Shown piece after piece: positions 48,962-59,836 of a stretch of 64,000 bases of DNA (its first letter is position 1; every line of letters starts with the position of its first letter). The translations under genes were made by a program, and so were the position numbers. Under the pieces are notes generated by a model, which saw nothing but the letters and a program-made list of their open reading frames with translations, was not told where the DNA came from and ran no database searches. Source of the DNA: Ignavibacteria bacterium (lineage in GTDB: Bacteria > Bacteroidota > Ignavibacteria > Kapaibacteriales > UBA961); contig VGWD01000011.1 of NCBI GenBank assembly GCA_016873735.1, positions 51-64,050 of the forward strand, read 5' to 3'.

Positions 48962-51876
48962 AATATTTTTCAATCCCTCTACGCATTCTGACAATGTTCT
49001 TTGTTTTTTCTGCGATTCATGCTCAAAAACCATTGATCATGATTCCCGAAAAGCCCATACAGAATGATTCAATAACTGTCTTTTTTCATGCGGATAGAGG
49101 CAATCGTGTATTGAACAATCTCAATGGCGATGTGTATATTCATTCAGGAGTGATCACTCAAAAGAGTCCGACAAATATTTCGTGGCAGCATGTCCGAGGG
49201 GATTGGGGCAAGCCAATTGCTGATTTCAAAATGAACAAAGAAGCAGAGAATGTGTATTCATTTCGAATGCATCCGGCATCCTTTTATGGAATCGAAAAAG
49301 ACGAGACTATTCTACGTTTGGCTTTTGTTTTTCGCAATGCAGATGGCAGCAAAGCCGGCAAAGATGCTGATGATAAAGATTATTACCTTGATTATCCGGG
49401 TTCTGATTCGGTGAAATCCATAAGTGATGTAATCATGGAAAGTTTGAGCAAAGGCAAAGGTCCTGATCCATCTACACTCTTCTGCAGAGGTTTTTATCAG
49501 GATAGTCTTGGTTTACTTCTTTATGTCGGCAATGGCAAAGTCTCGATAGAGCGTTTTGGAAATCATGTCATTAGGGTGAGTTATGACACCATAGAATTTC
49601 CCCCAATCAGAAATCCTGAAGCAATCATTGCAAAAAAGACGCCTTCGGAGTTTCTGACCGTTGATGCGGTGGATTACTTTCAATTCATATCTCAGGATAA
49701 GACATTCAATATTCTTGTGCAAAAACAGCCATTTGCACTTTCAATTTTTCAAGATAGCATACTTGTTTTCAAGGAAGAACAAGGTCTTATGTTCAAGGAA
49801 CATGCTCGTGGACTCTCTTTTTCATTAAGAAATTCTGAAGCAATCTTTGGCGGGGGATCTCGAGCATTGCCTGTCAATAGAAGAGGTCAGCGTTTTCCCC
49901 TTTATAATACTGCTGTCTATGGTTATGGGAATCAAACAGATCAATTGAATGTATCAATACCATTTTTTCTTTCTTCATCTCGCTATGGCGTATCGATTGA
50001 TTCACCAATTGCCGGCGCTGTCGATTGCGGGGTCACAGATAAGAATGTGATGAAGATTGCACAAACCCATGGATCACTTTCATACTTCCTCATCATAGAC
50101 TCAACATTTGACGGCATCATGAATCATTATACCCAATTGACCGGAAAACAACCATTGCCTCCCCTTTGGTCTTTGGGATATATTCAATCTCGATATGGAT
50201 ATAAATCACAACAGGAAGTCATGAATATTGTGAATGCATTTGACTCATTGAATATCCCATTGGATGCAATCGTATTGGATCTCTATTGGTTTGGGGATAA
50301 AGCAAAGATGGGTTCTTTTGCATGGGATACACGTCAATTCCCTGATCCTTTGGGAATGATGAGAAGCCTGAAAAAGAAACATGTCCATACAGTTTTGATC
50401 ACTGAACCTTATTTCACCGTTGAGTCGCAACAATATTCAGTTGCCGATAATGCAGGTTTATTTACGAAAAATGCATCAGGCTCAACATATGTTCTACATG
50501 ATTTTTGGGCAGGTAAGGCATCTTTATTAGATCTTACAAATCCTAAGGCAAAATCATGGATGAGTGATTTATATTCCGGACATATCAAATCTGGCGTTTC
50601 AGGATGGTGGCTTGATTTGGGAGAACCCGAGCTGCATCCAAAGGACATGCACCATGCGGGGGGCTCTACATTCGACATTCACAATACATATTCAATCCAT
50701 TGGATGGACGCATTGCTTCAGGCATATCAGCAGTATGCTCCAAATGAACGATTGTTCAATCTAATTCGCTCCGGCGGTCCCGGCATGCAGCGTTTTTCCA
50801 CCTTCCCTTGGTCGGGAGATGTACAAAGAAGTGCTTCAGGATTACAAGCACAAATCCCCATCATGCTTGGAATGAGCATGAGCGGTGTTGGATATATGCA
50901 TTCAGACTTGGGTGGCTTTACAGGCGGCACCAAAAATGAACGACTCTATACGCGATGGATGCAATTCGGTGCATTCACTCCAATAATGCGAGCACATGGA
51001 GAAGGCGTTCCACCCGAACCAATCTATTATTCAGATTCTGTCAGAAATATTGTGAAGTATTTCATTCAGTTACGAATGCAATTCCTTCCATATAATTATA
51101 CATTGGCATATCATAATGCAATCAAAGGCACCCCTCTTGCAAAACCAATTTTCTGGAATGGACCTATAAGCAGTGAATTCATTTCGGTGGATGATGAATA
51201 TTTATGGGGAAATGATCTTGTGATTGCCCCCATCATGCATCCCGATTCACTTTCAAGAAAAGTTATTCTTCCTCCAGGAACATGGTTTGATTTTTGGTCG
51301 AATTATCGCATACCTGGATATTCAAATTTCTCAATGCCCTCAACACTCACAGTGATGCCGATCTTTGTTCGAGGAGGTTCAATCATACCTCTTACATTTC
51401 CAATGGAACATACTGCGACATATAATGGTGATTCATTATTGCTCTTATGTTTCAGAGATTCATCCATCAATTCCATAGAACGTGATCTATACATGGATGA
51501 TGGACTTTCTTCCACAAGCTTGAATGATGAACATTATCGATTGTTCAAACTCAGCATGAAAGAAGATAAATCGCTTTCCACAATTGAATTCTCAATGAAC
51601 ACTGTTGCGGGGAAAGGATATGCAAGTGAATCACAATCTCGCATCATGATTTTGAAGTGGATTGATGTTCCAAAACCAACAAAGTTATCGCTTGAAGGAA
51701 AGAATATTCCCCTTGCAAAAGATGAGCAGACATTTTATCAATCGGCAATGCCGATTGCCTGGTATAAACAAAGTAATAATCCGCAGTTACCGCATGAAGT
51801 GCATATACGCATGATCGGTAAAAAAGAAAAAAGTGGAACCGTGTTGATGGAGTATGGAAAGAAATCCAAGAAGTGA
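48958..51876 (+). CDS. Glycoside hydrolase family 31 (alpha-glucosidase/alpha-xylosidase-like), secreted
   Basis: Signal peptide. GWWLDLGEPE (nucleophile region) and WSGDVQ (acid/base region) signatures. 972 aa. Confidence 0.75.
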   Translation: MKYFSIPLRILTMFFVFSAIHAQKPLIMIPEKPIQNDSITVFFHADRGNRVLNNLNGDVYIHSGVITQKSPTNISWQHVRGDWGKPIADFKMNKEAENVYSFRMHPASFYGIEKDETILRLAFVFRNADGSKAGKDADDKDYYLDYPGSDSVKSISDVIMESLSKGKGPDPSTLFCRGFYQDSLGLLLYVGNGKVSIERFGNHVIRVSYDTIEFPPIRNPEAIIAKKTPSEFLTVDAVDYFQFISQDKTFNILVQKQPFALSIFQDSILVFKEEQGLMFKEHARGLSFSLRNSEAIFGGGSRALPVNRRGQRFPLYNTAVYGYGNQTDQLNVSIPFFLSSSRYGVSIDSPIAGAVDCGVTDKNVMKIAQTHGSLSYFLIIDSTFDGIMNHYTQLTGKQPLPPLWSLGYIQSRYGYKSQQEVMNIVNAFDSLNIPLDAIVLDLYWFGDKAKMGSFAWDTRQFPDPLGMMRSLKKKHVHTVLITEPYFTVESQQYSVADNAGLFTKNASGSTYVLHDFWAGKASLLDLTNPKAKSWMSDLYSGHIKSGVSGWWLDLGEPELHPKDMHHAGGSTFDIHNTYSIHWMDALLQAYQQYAPNERLFNLIRSGGPGMQRFSTFPWSGDVQRSASGLQAQIPIMLGMSMSGVGYMHSDLGGFTGGTKNERLYTRWMQFGAFTPIMRAHGEGVPPEPIYYSDSVRNIVKYFIQLRMQFLPYNYTLAYHNAIKGTPLAKPIFWNGPISSEFISVDDEYLWGNDLVIAPIMHPDSLSRKVILPPGTWFDFWSNYRIPGYSNFSMPSTLTVMPIFVRGGSIIPLTFPMEHTATYNGDSLLLLCFRDSSINSIERDLYMDDGLSSTSLNDEHYRLFKLSMKEDKSLSTIEFSMNTVAGKGYASESQSRIMILKWIDVPKPTKLSLEGKNIPLAKDEQTFYQSAMPIAWYKQSNNPQLPHEVHIRMIGKKEKSGTVLMEYGKKSKK

Positions 51877-52713
51877 TTATTCTTTCAAAGCGCCTGCTGT
51901 GAGACCTTCAATGATTTTTTTGCTGAATAGCAGGAATAATATCAAAACAGGCAATGCTGATATTGATGCACCGGCCATGAGATGTCCCCAATCAATGGAT
52001 TGTCTGCCAATATAATATGCGAGTCCCACAGGCAATGTTCTCATTTCAGGAAGGGATGTGAAAAGAAATGGGTATAAAAATGCATTCCAGCTTCCCAGGA
52101 ATGTATAGATGGCTAATACTGTAATGACCGGCTTGCATAATGGAAGTACGATCCGGAAAAAAATATAGAGTTCACCTGCTCCATCTATTCTTGCAGCATC
52201 CTCCATATCCGATGGCAATGCTTTGATATATTGCCTCATCAAGAAAATCGCAAATGGAGCAAGCAAACCGGGAATGATCAGTGCCCAGAATGTATTGATC
52301 CAGTCAAAAACAACCATCATGCGATATAAAGGTATCATTATCACTTGATGAGGAACCATCATCAGTCCCATCACCGAAGCAAACAATAACTTTTTTCCCT
52401 TGAATTCATATCGGGCAAATGCATATCCGCTCATAGAACCAAGCAAGACATTTCCGATTGTCACAACTGTTGCAATAAAGAGGGAGTTAGCGAAATATCT
52501 GCCGAAAGTATCGGTAACGAAAATATCGACATAATTTGAAAAACTCGGGGCCGTGGTAAAGAACTCAAGAGGACTGGCAAACAATTCGGGGCTGTCGAAC
52601 AAAGAAAACATCAGCATAAGCAACATGGGTATAACCATTGCAATGACAGAAATCATCAAAATTGCATTGATGACAAAGGATGTGATGCGTTCTTTGAAGA
52701 GATGATTGCTCAC
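51877..52713 (-). CDS. Carbohydrate ABC transporter permease (MalG/UgpE-like, CUT1)
   Basis: EAA loop DAARIDGAGELYIFFRIVLP, 6 TM. GTG start overlapping the kbl stop (GTGA). Confidence 0.75.
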   Translation of the reverse strand: MSNHLFKERITSFVINAILMISVIAMVIPMLLMLMFSLFDSPELFASPLEFFTTAPSFSNYVDIFVTDTFGRYFANSLFIATVVTIGNVLLGSMSGYAFARYEFKGKKLLFASVMGLMMVPHQVIMIPLYRMMVVFDWINTFWALIIPGLLAPFAIFLMRQYIKALPSDMEDAARIDGAGELYIFFRIVLPLCKPVITVLAIYTFLGSWNAFLYPFLFTSLPEMRTLPVGLAYYIGRQSIDWGHLMAGASISALPVLILFLLFSKKIIEGLTAGALKE

Positions 52714-53909
52714 TTAATAACACCCAATTCTTTTCCTATTTTTGCAAATGCACTGATTGCTTTATCCAGATGATCTTTGGTATGAGCAGCTGAAATCTGC
52801 ACGCGAATTCTTGCTTGACCTTTTGGTACCACGGGATAGAAAAATCCCACGACATAGATATCCTCATCGAGTAATGCTTGAGCCAATTTCTGAGCAAGCA
52901 CGGCATCATAGAGCATGATGGGGACAATTGGATGCGTACCGGGTTTGATATCATATCCGAGCGCTTCCATGCCTCTACGGAAATACATCGTATTGTCCTC
53001 CAGTGTATCACGGAGCGAGGTAGTGGAACTGAGCAGGTCAAATACTTCAATGGAAGCACCAACAACGGAAGGAGGAAGTGAATTACTAAAGAGATATGGT
53101 CTTGATCTCTGTCTGAGCAAATCGATGATTTCTTGTCTGCCTGTTGTGAAACCACCAATACCACCCCCGAGAGCTTTGCCCAGCGTTCCAGTGATAATGT
53201 CCACTCTACCGGTCACATTGCAATGTTCAACAACTCCTCTTCCCTTTGACCCCATGAATCCCATGGAATGACATTCATCGGTCATGACAAGTGCTTGATA
53301 CTGATCTGCAAGATCACAGATTTTGTCAAGCGGTGCGATTGATCCATCCATCGAAAACACTGCATCGGTCACAATCATAATGAATCTCGCGCCATCAGCA
53401 CGTGCTTCTTTCAATCGTTCTTCCAATTCCTGCATATCACAAGAAGCATATCGATAGCGTTTTGCTTTGCATAAACGCACCCCATCAATGATGGAAGCAT
53501 GATTGAGCGCATCTGATATGATTGCATCTTCTTCAGAAAGCAATGGTTCAAAAACTCCACCATTTGCATCAAAACATGCTGCATAGAGAATCGTGTCATC
53601 AGTACCGCAGAAATCAGCAATCTTCTTCTCCAATTCACGATGTATGTCTTGAGTACCACAGATGAATCTCACGCTGGACACCCCATACCCATGAGAATCC
53701 AATGTATCTTTTGCCGATTGAATCACTTGAGGGTGTGAGGATAATCCAAGATAATTATTGGCGCAAAAATTCAATACTGGCTTGCTTCTTCCTTGCACCA
53801 TGATTTCCGGACCTTGCTCGGAAATGATGATGCGTTCTGTTTTGAGCAATCCACTTTCTTGGATGGAGGTTAATTCTGCTTGAAGATGATCTTTAAATGA
53901 ACCGTACAT
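52710..53909 (-). CDS. kbl: 2-amino-3-ketobutyrate CoA ligase (glycine C-acetyltransferase)
   Basis: Near-colinear with E. coli Kbl (NFCANNYLGL...SVRFICGTQD...AIISDALNHASIIDGVRLCKAKRYRY). Confidence 0.9.
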   Translation of the reverse strand: MYGSFKDHLQAELTSIQESGLLKTERIIISEQGPEIMVQGRSKPVLNFCANNYLGLSSHPQVIQSAKDTLDSHGYGVSSVRFICGTQDIHRELEKKIADFCGTDDTILYAACFDANGGVFEPLLSEEDAIISDALNHASIIDGVRLCKAKRYRYASCDMQELEERLKEARADGARFIMIVTDAVFSMDGSIAPLDKICDLADQYQALVMTDECHSMGFMGSKGRGVVEHCNVTGRVDIITGTLGKALGGGIGGFTTGRQEIIDLLRQRSRPYLFSNSLPPSVVGASIEVFDLLSSTTSLRDTLEDNTMYFRRGMEALGYDIKPGTHPIVPIMLYDAVLAQKLAQALLDEDIYVVGFFYPVVPKGQARIRVQISAAHTKDHLDKAISAFAKIGKELGVIK

Positions 53910-53966
53910 AGAGTTGACTGTAGTATTGAAGGAATATGCTAAAATTACTGAAATTGATGGAATATT

Positions 53967-54467
53967 TCACTCATACAGTAGATGCTCTGCTGTGCAATTG
54001 AATTCAACGGCTGCCTCATCTTCACATCGCTCAAATAAATCAAGCATGGAACTATTGAATAAGGGATGCATCATTGACGGAGCGATTTCACTGAGGGGCT
54101 TGAGCACAAATGCTCTTTGATGCATGCGGGGATGTGGGATCACGATGGTTTCAGTATCAATGATCTGTGAACCATATATCAATATATCGACATCAATTTC
54201 TCTCTCATGCCAACGAGGCCTTGATTTGCGCGATAATTCATTGTGAATGTCTTGGATCAATGCATAGATGTCATCGATCGGTAAACCGGTTGAACCAATG
54301 CAAGCACAATTCAGAAAGGTGGGTTGATCTGTATAACCAACGGGTTCTGTTTCATAAACAGAGGAGCATATCAAATCGGGTATTTTGTCAGTGAGTCTTT
54401 TGATGGCATGAGCAAGTGCAGCATGCCGATTTCCCAAATTCGCTCCGATTGAGAATGCAATATCCAT
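53967..54467 (-). CDS. folK: 2-amino-4-hydroxy-6-hydroxymethyldihydropteridine pyrophosphokinase
   Basis: HPPK motifs (RPRWHEREIDVDIL). Start at MDIAFSIG. Confidence 0.85.
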   Translation of the reverse strand: MDIAFSIGANLGNRHAALAHAIKRLTDKIPDLICSSVYETEPVGYTDQPTFLNCACIGSTGLPIDDIYALIQDIHNELSRKSRPRWHEREIDVDILIYGSQIIDTETIVIPHPRMHQRAFVLKPLSEIAPSMMHPLFNSSMLDLFERCEDEAAVEFNCTAEHLLYE

Positions 54468-54480
54468 CCGTGAAATGCTA

Positions 54481-54876
54481 TCAACCATGTGAACGTTGCA
54501 TGGTATGCTCTACTTCTACATGATCGATGATATGTTTAAGCGGAACACTAAGTTTACGGACTCTGATGGTAACTTTTTCAATACTTGAAAATCGTTCAAA
54601 CAATTCTTTGGACAATTCATAACACAAAGTTTCAATCAAATTGAATGAATCACCATTGAACAGCTCATTGATCGTAAAAACGATTTCTTCATAATTCACT
54701 GCTTGTGCAACATCATCACTCACTACGGCAGACATGGAATTGTACCAGATATCAGCATCAACTTGATATCTTCCACCAAGTGACTGCTCTTCAGGTTTCA
54801 CTCCATGATAGGAATAGAATTGCACATTACTGAGTGAGAGTTTCATGAGTCCTTGTTGCATTGAGCTATATCCCAA
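54481..54876 (-). CDS. folB: Dihydroneopterin aldolase
   Basis: FolB-like core (...QFYSYHGV..EEQ..G). Start may be M at 54846. Confidence 0.75.
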   Translation of the reverse strand: MGYSSMQQGLMKLSLSNVQFYSYHGVKPEEQSLGGRYQVDADIWYNSMSAVVSDDVAQAVNYEEIVFTINELFNGDSFNLIETLCYELSKELFERFSSIEKVTIRVRKLSVPLKHIIDHVEVEHTMQRSHG

Positions 54877-54879
54877 ATA

Positions 54880-55458
54880 TTAAAAACCTTGTTTCTGAAT
54901 GAAGATTCCTTTATCAACTTTCATGAAGAACTCTTGATAGAATGTTGGATCTTCCACTTGATATACTTCTGTTGTATTACCTTGATTGTCAAGAATCTTT
55001 ACTTGGAAATTCGCCCTCACTTTACATTGTTTGCCAAATTCAGAAACATTCACACTGGATTCAATTTGTTTCAGTTTATTGAATATGGATTCTCTTTGAC
55101 TGCGATTGCGATCTATTCCACGAAAGAAATCAGACCAAAATTGATTTGATCCATTACGCGCTTGCAAATCCACTTCTTTTGTTGCGGTTAGCAAGCCCAA
55201 TTCAACCTGTGCATTTCGTACAATGAAACCATCATCCTGCAATACATTGAGTACAGCTTTCATGACGAGTTTTACATCATTGGTATCATATTCACGAGTT
55301 TGCACCTGCCTGGTCTGCAATTGTGTTTTTTGTGGTGGCGGTGTACTCTGCTGATTGATCACCGTGCAAGCACCGAATATCAATGAGCAAAGAGCAATGA
55401 GGATATATGAACTCTTGTGCATGATCATTATTCCTTTCAGTTTAGAATTTTGATGCAT
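54880..55458 (-). CDS. Hypothetical lipoprotein
   Basis: Lipobox LIFGAC. No recognised domain. Confidence 0.45.
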   Translation of the reverse strand: MHQNSKLKGIMIMHKSSYILIALCSLIFGACTVINQQSTPPPQKTQLQTRQVQTREYDTNDVKLVMKAVLNVLQDDGFIVRNAQVELGLLTATKEVDLQARNGSNQFWSDFFRGIDRNRSQRESIFNKLKQIESSVNVSEFGKQCKVRANFQVKILDNQGNTTEVYQVEDPTFYQEFFMKVDKGIFIQKQGF

Positions 55459-55846
55459 GATATGAGAATGATTTCACTTTACTGCTTGCATCGAATTTAA
55501 TGACAACGGTCAATGTTTTTTGTGTGGTTGCCGCAGCGCCTGATCGACTTGAGGATCCATACAATATGATAAATAATCCACTGGAATTTTCTGAATATGA
55601 TGCTTCAGTTGCGATTTTGTCATATACCCAAGTTTCATCGCCTCCATCATCTTTGGTGACAATATTTGGCGAGCCAAGAGCTTCGGCAACTTGTGCTCCG
55701 CTCATGCCGACGCGGATTTCTTTTTGCACTTTACCGACTGTCATTTCTTGTTCTTTGACTGAATGCAGATTTGATCTATGATCAACTGTTGTGCAACCAA
55801 TCATGCCCAAGATCAATAGTCCGGCGAACACTAAGAATGTTTTCAT
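55442..55846 (-). CDS. BamE/SmpA-like outer-membrane lipoprotein
   Basis: Lipobox MIGC, then GMSGAQVAEALGSPN motif. 134 aa. Confidence 0.5.
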   Translation of the reverse strand: MKTFLVFAGLLILGMIGCTTVDHRSNLHSVKEQEMTVGKVQKEIRVGMSGAQVAEALGSPNIVTKDDGGDETWVYDKIATEASYSENSSGLFIILYGSSSRSGAAATTQKTLTVVIKFDASSKVKSFSYHASKF

Positions 55847-55873
55847 AATCTGTCTCCTATCAAGTAAAATAGA

Positions 55874-58800
55874 TCATCGAATGATATGTATCGGGAGAGC
55901 ATCCAGTAAACCGGATGTAGCCGACATGAGTTTCAAAATATATGCACCTGATTCAATCTGTGCTGGAATGGTGAATTGAACACTGTTATTACCAACAAAC
56001 ATAGGATATTTCATTATTGTGTGATTTCTTCCCACTTGATCGGTTAACATTATCATCATATCCGTAGTTTCGAAAGCCTCCACGGACATTTGCATGATAT
56101 CCTGAGCCGGCTGTGGGAAAACACTCTTGATCTTTGTCATTCTTTGACCTGTCAAGAACATATCCGGACAAATATTGGTCAATTGCAGAGATCCATTCAC
56201 GAAATTGGTTTGCATGCTTTTGCTGAAAAATGTGACTGAATCGGTGAAGTCCAATGGTGATTCATGAATAGTTGAAATTCCAACAAAACCGGAAATCACG
56301 CATAATGTCCCTGAATTGGGAATATCGCCTTCAAATCGTATTCTGATCGTCCGAATATCATCCCACACTTCACGAGATACGATGGAAACTCCACCGAATG
56401 TGCTTGTCACTGAATCAGGTAGAAATATTCCTTGATTTGATGTGAATTCCACTATTGCTTCTTGTTTACCAATATATGGATTGCGTTCATTCATAGAAAT
56501 AGTGATTGGAATCGACACTCTACCCCGTGGATCTGCTTTGACTTGAGGAAGCGTAATGGTGGCTTTGGCTGAATATGGAATGATGCGAATTGATTTTGCT
56601 GTGGCGCATGGATAAAATGAACATGACATGATTTCACCGGAATCAGGAAGCGCTCCGATGAATGTGATTGTAATGTCCTTTTGTGAACGAGGCGGAAGAA
56701 TCAAAGGCAATGTTGTGGCAAGCGTGAATGCCGTACCTGTTATTGCTACTGAGTCCAAGCGAACTTCATTCATCGATGCATTGGACAATGTGAAAGTTCT
56801 TTGTTTAAGCTCGGGGATACATGCAATCACATTTGGGACTGCAACATCTGTTCCATCTCCATACCCTTTCAACACAATGGGGACTTCATACAATGTCAGA
56901 CCCGAGTGATAAGCCAAAACTTCGATCAATTCCTCACCCAATTGTTTCGGGATGAATCTTACCTTAACAGACAAACTTTGACCGGGTAGCAGGATAGTAT
57001 CAGAAATGGTGGAGAGAATCTTGATTGCCGGCGATTTTGTCTGCAATCGATCGATGGTCACGGGAACGGGATCATCATTTCTGATCAATTCAATGTCAGT
57101 TTCAATCGTTTCATTCAAACAGGCAGGTCCGAGTTTTTTTCCTTGTGCAAGAGGATTGATGGAGCGCAATACTCCATTAGCCTTGATCGGGAGGAAGAAT
57201 TCTTGGGAACAAAAACCAAAAAACAGTGAATCAATCAATGGTCCATTATCACGCGCAAGAACTCTTATGTTTATATCGATGCATTCTCCGGGAGCGATTT
57301 TCACGGTATTCGGAATCTTTGAAATCAAAGAAAAATGTATTCCTTCTCTGAAATAAGCATAATCAATGAAGATGTCTCCTTTACCACCATTGCAAAGATT
57401 GACTTTCAAAACAGAATCAGTCGGATGCATCATGATTGCATCACCCAAATCAGCAGAAACAATAATCGGTTTCGATGGCTCTATGCGAATGAATGCTTTG
57501 GCTGTATCGGTTTCAGGAAATGCGAATTCCATTGTTTTGAGATTATCAGCACTGATGGCGGAGGATGCCAATGATTTTCCATCAGGACCATATTTCACAT
57601 CTGTAAGAAATCCCGAATGATTGGCCAATTGTCCCAAAAATACATTGGTTGGAAGACGCCATACCGAAATTTGCGGAAAACCTGCAAAACCTGTTGCAAG
57701 GAATTGATTTGTCGCATTGAAATCAAGCGCAATCACATCACTGGATGAATTACGCAAGGAACGCACGATTGTTTTTGATGCAATGTCGAATACATGCACT
57801 TCAGATGAAGCTGCACTGTACAAACTCGATTCACTAAGCATGGTGCCGGCTGCAAGAAATGCTCCATCACGAGACAATGACACTTTGGACATGATGGGCA
57901 AGGCAGGATTAGAGAGTGTTGTTATGATTGACATCGTATTGAGATCAATCACATGTATTGATCCATCCAGTAGAGCAATGCTTCCTTTATCTCCATTTCC
58001 CGGACTGAATGCCGTAATCGGCTCAGGAAATGCGAACCCTGTCACTTCTTTTCCATCCAAGATGGAGAGTTTCCGAATTGTTCTTCCACGTTTTGGAATG
58101 AGCAGTAGTTCATTCTTGATGCGATGTACCGAGCTTAGAATGGTCGAAGTAGAAATATTGCTTGAGAGAATCGGATCTAATTTACCTTTACTGAATAGTA
58201 CAAATGTTTCCTGACTTGTGGCAGGAGATCGATAAACTCCATAAACAAGCGAATCATTTACATATCCAATGCCAATCCACTGAATCTTGCTTACCGGAAA
58301 TGCTATGCCTGAAACCACGAATGTGTCGATCAGCATTCCATCAACTTTATTCCATTCAGCAATTTTTCCGGATTCATATCCTGCAATTAGTTTATCACCA
58401 ACGGAATTCCAATCAATAGTAGAAACGGGTGCTCGAAGTGCAGGATGGATTAGATTTTTTTGATCGAAATTTCCCAATTCCTGTCTTATGCGAATTCTTC
58501 CCGAATCAGTGATGATACCCGGTGTTTTCCATAAGAATGTGCTATCCATGCTGAAACCGAGCGTATCCCATGTTTTTCCATTGTCAGGTGTCCAATCAAC
58601 ATATGTTGGAGCACCAATGCGATACCCTTTCCACTTAACTGTATATGGAGCACAAGGAGTGAGAGTAATATTTGCATTTGGTTCGGTGATCTTAAGCGAG
58701 CGCGTTTCCGGCATGCCGAATCCATTGGCTCTCAAAAGCAGATAATCTTTTTGTCCGCCTTCATAATGGAGTACAGCATACTCTTTATAATATCCCGTTC

Positions 58801-59503
58801 TGGAAGGCTTGAAAATGATATCGAAGTAATATCCTACTGCGGGAGAAAGTCCGACAGGTGGAGGATTTGTGGACACATTGGATCCAATCCAACGATATGA
58901 AAAATCAGGATTGGAAAATGTGATTGAATCAAGTTGTGTGCTTTCTTCGACTCCGCGATTGTTTTTTTTGGAGGCGATTGCTCTCACAAGTAATGTAGTA
59001 TAATCGGAGGAACCGGGCATTACAGCAGAACCAAAGTTGAATTCTTCGATTTGAATGCCGAAAGGATCGCAGAATCGCGCTTGGCTGATATTGCCACGAT
59101 CATGCTTACCCAATGGACTTGAACCTGTTCCGGTATTTGTGGCGATTATGAATTCCGCTCGATTTGCACCCTCTGAACGCGTCATCCAAATAACTGCTTG
59201 ATACCCTTGTGCATCGGGTTGTCCTACGGAGATGGCTTTGGAACTGAAATTACTTTCTATGATGGATAATTCTGATTTGGCGAATGCATAAGGATTGCCA
59301 TTCACGTTGGCTCGAAGCCATGCGCGCAAAATAGGATAATTTAGTGTATCTATCGTGATGCCATTTGGACGCAAATCACGAATTTCGACAGACACCTGTG
59401 CGAGGGCAGGTGTGAGCATTAGAATCCATGTAGTGAAAAATGCAATGCAGCGAAAGATTGACATAAGTGCCGAAGAAAAATACGTGCTCTGTTTACGTTT
59501 CAA
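55874..59503 (-). CDS. Large secreted beta-propeller/Ig-like repeat protein with T9SS C-terminal sorting domain
   Basis: Signal peptide. WD40-like repeats. C-terminus ...SGAYILKLMSATSGLLDALPIHIIR resembles a T9SS CTD. Confidence 0.6.
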   Translation of the reverse strand: MKRKQSTYFSSALMSIFRCIAFFTTWILMLTPALAQVSVEIRDLRPNGITIDTLNYPILRAWLRANVNGNPYAFAKSELSIIESNFSSKAISVGQPDAQGYQAVIWMTRSEGANRAEFIIATNTGTGSSPLGKHDRGNISQARFCDPFGIQIEEFNFGSAVMPGSSDYTTLLVRAIASKKNNRGVEESTQLDSITFSNPDFSYRWIGSNVSTNPPPVGLSPAVGYYFDIIFKPSRTGYYKEYAVLHYEGGQKDYLLLRANGFGMPETRSLKITEPNANITLTPCAPYTVKWKGYRIGAPTYVDWTPDNGKTWDTLGFSMDSTFLWKTPGIITDSGRIRIRQELGNFDQKNLIHPALRAPVSTIDWNSVGDKLIAGYESGKIAEWNKVDGMLIDTFVVSGIAFPVSKIQWIGIGYVNDSLVYGVYRSPATSQETFVLFSKGKLDPILSSNISTSTILSSVHRIKNELLLIPKRGRTIRKLSILDGKEVTGFAFPEPITAFSPGNGDKGSIALLDGSIHVIDLNTMSIITTLSNPALPIMSKVSLSRDGAFLAAGTMLSESSLYSAASSEVHVFDIASKTIVRSLRNSSSDVIALDFNATNQFLATGFAGFPQISVWRLPTNVFLGQLANHSGFLTDVKYGPDGKSLASSAISADNLKTMEFAFPETDTAKAFIRIEPSKPIIVSADLGDAIMMHPTDSVLKVNLCNGGKGDIFIDYAYFREGIHFSLISKIPNTVKIAPGECIDINIRVLARDNGPLIDSLFFGFCSQEFFLPIKANGVLRSINPLAQGKKLGPACLNETIETDIELIRNDDPVPVTIDRLQTKSPAIKILSTISDTILLPGQSLSVKVRFIPKQLGEELIEVLAYHSGLTLYEVPIVLKGYGDGTDVAVPNVIACIPELKQRTFTLSNASMNEVRLDSVAITGTAFTLATTLPLILPPRSQKDITITFIGALPDSGEIMSCSFYPCATAKSIRIIPYSAKATITLPQVKADPRGRVSIPITISMNERNPYIGKQEAIVEFTSNQGIFLPDSVTSTFGGVSIVSREVWDDIRTIRIRFEGDIPNSGTLCVISGFVGISTIHESPLDFTDSVTFFSKSMQTNFVNGSLQLTNICPDMFLTGQRMTKIKSVFPQPAQDIMQMSVEAFETTDMMIMLTDQVGRNHTIMKYPMFVGNNSVQFTIPAQIESGAYILKLMSATSGLLDALPIHIIR

Positions 59504-59799
59504 GTTTCGAGAGGTTTCACTTCTGTTCTATCATTCAGAAAAAACACTTTGAAGAACAAAAGATCCGGAATGATCACAAGAACAAGTGATCCCGTATCAC
59601 GGGTGAACCATGTTGTGAACCCTTCCGGAGGCATTAGTGCCCTGATGATTTGACCTGTAAGAGTCCACATGATGATGAACACCAAAAAGAAAATCGCTAT
59701 CGCCATGAGTCCTTCTCGCAATTTGCCTTCTTGCCAACGTTTGGTGAAGGCATAGAGTCCGGCCATGGCATGCACATGGAAAACGAATAATTCAATCAT
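59500..59799 (-). CDS. Small hypothetical membrane protein (2 TM)
   Basis: ORF with two hydrophobic helices. 4-nt overlap with the upstream gene. Confidence 0.4.
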   Translation of the reverse strand: MIELFVFHVHAMAGLYAFTKRWQEGKLREGLMAIAIFFLVFIIMWTLTGQIIRALMPPEGFTTWFTRDTGSLVLVIIPDLLFFKVFFLNDRTEVKPLET

Positions 59800-59836
59800 G
59801 ATAGTTCAATAATTATTCATAAATCTTTGTAAAACT

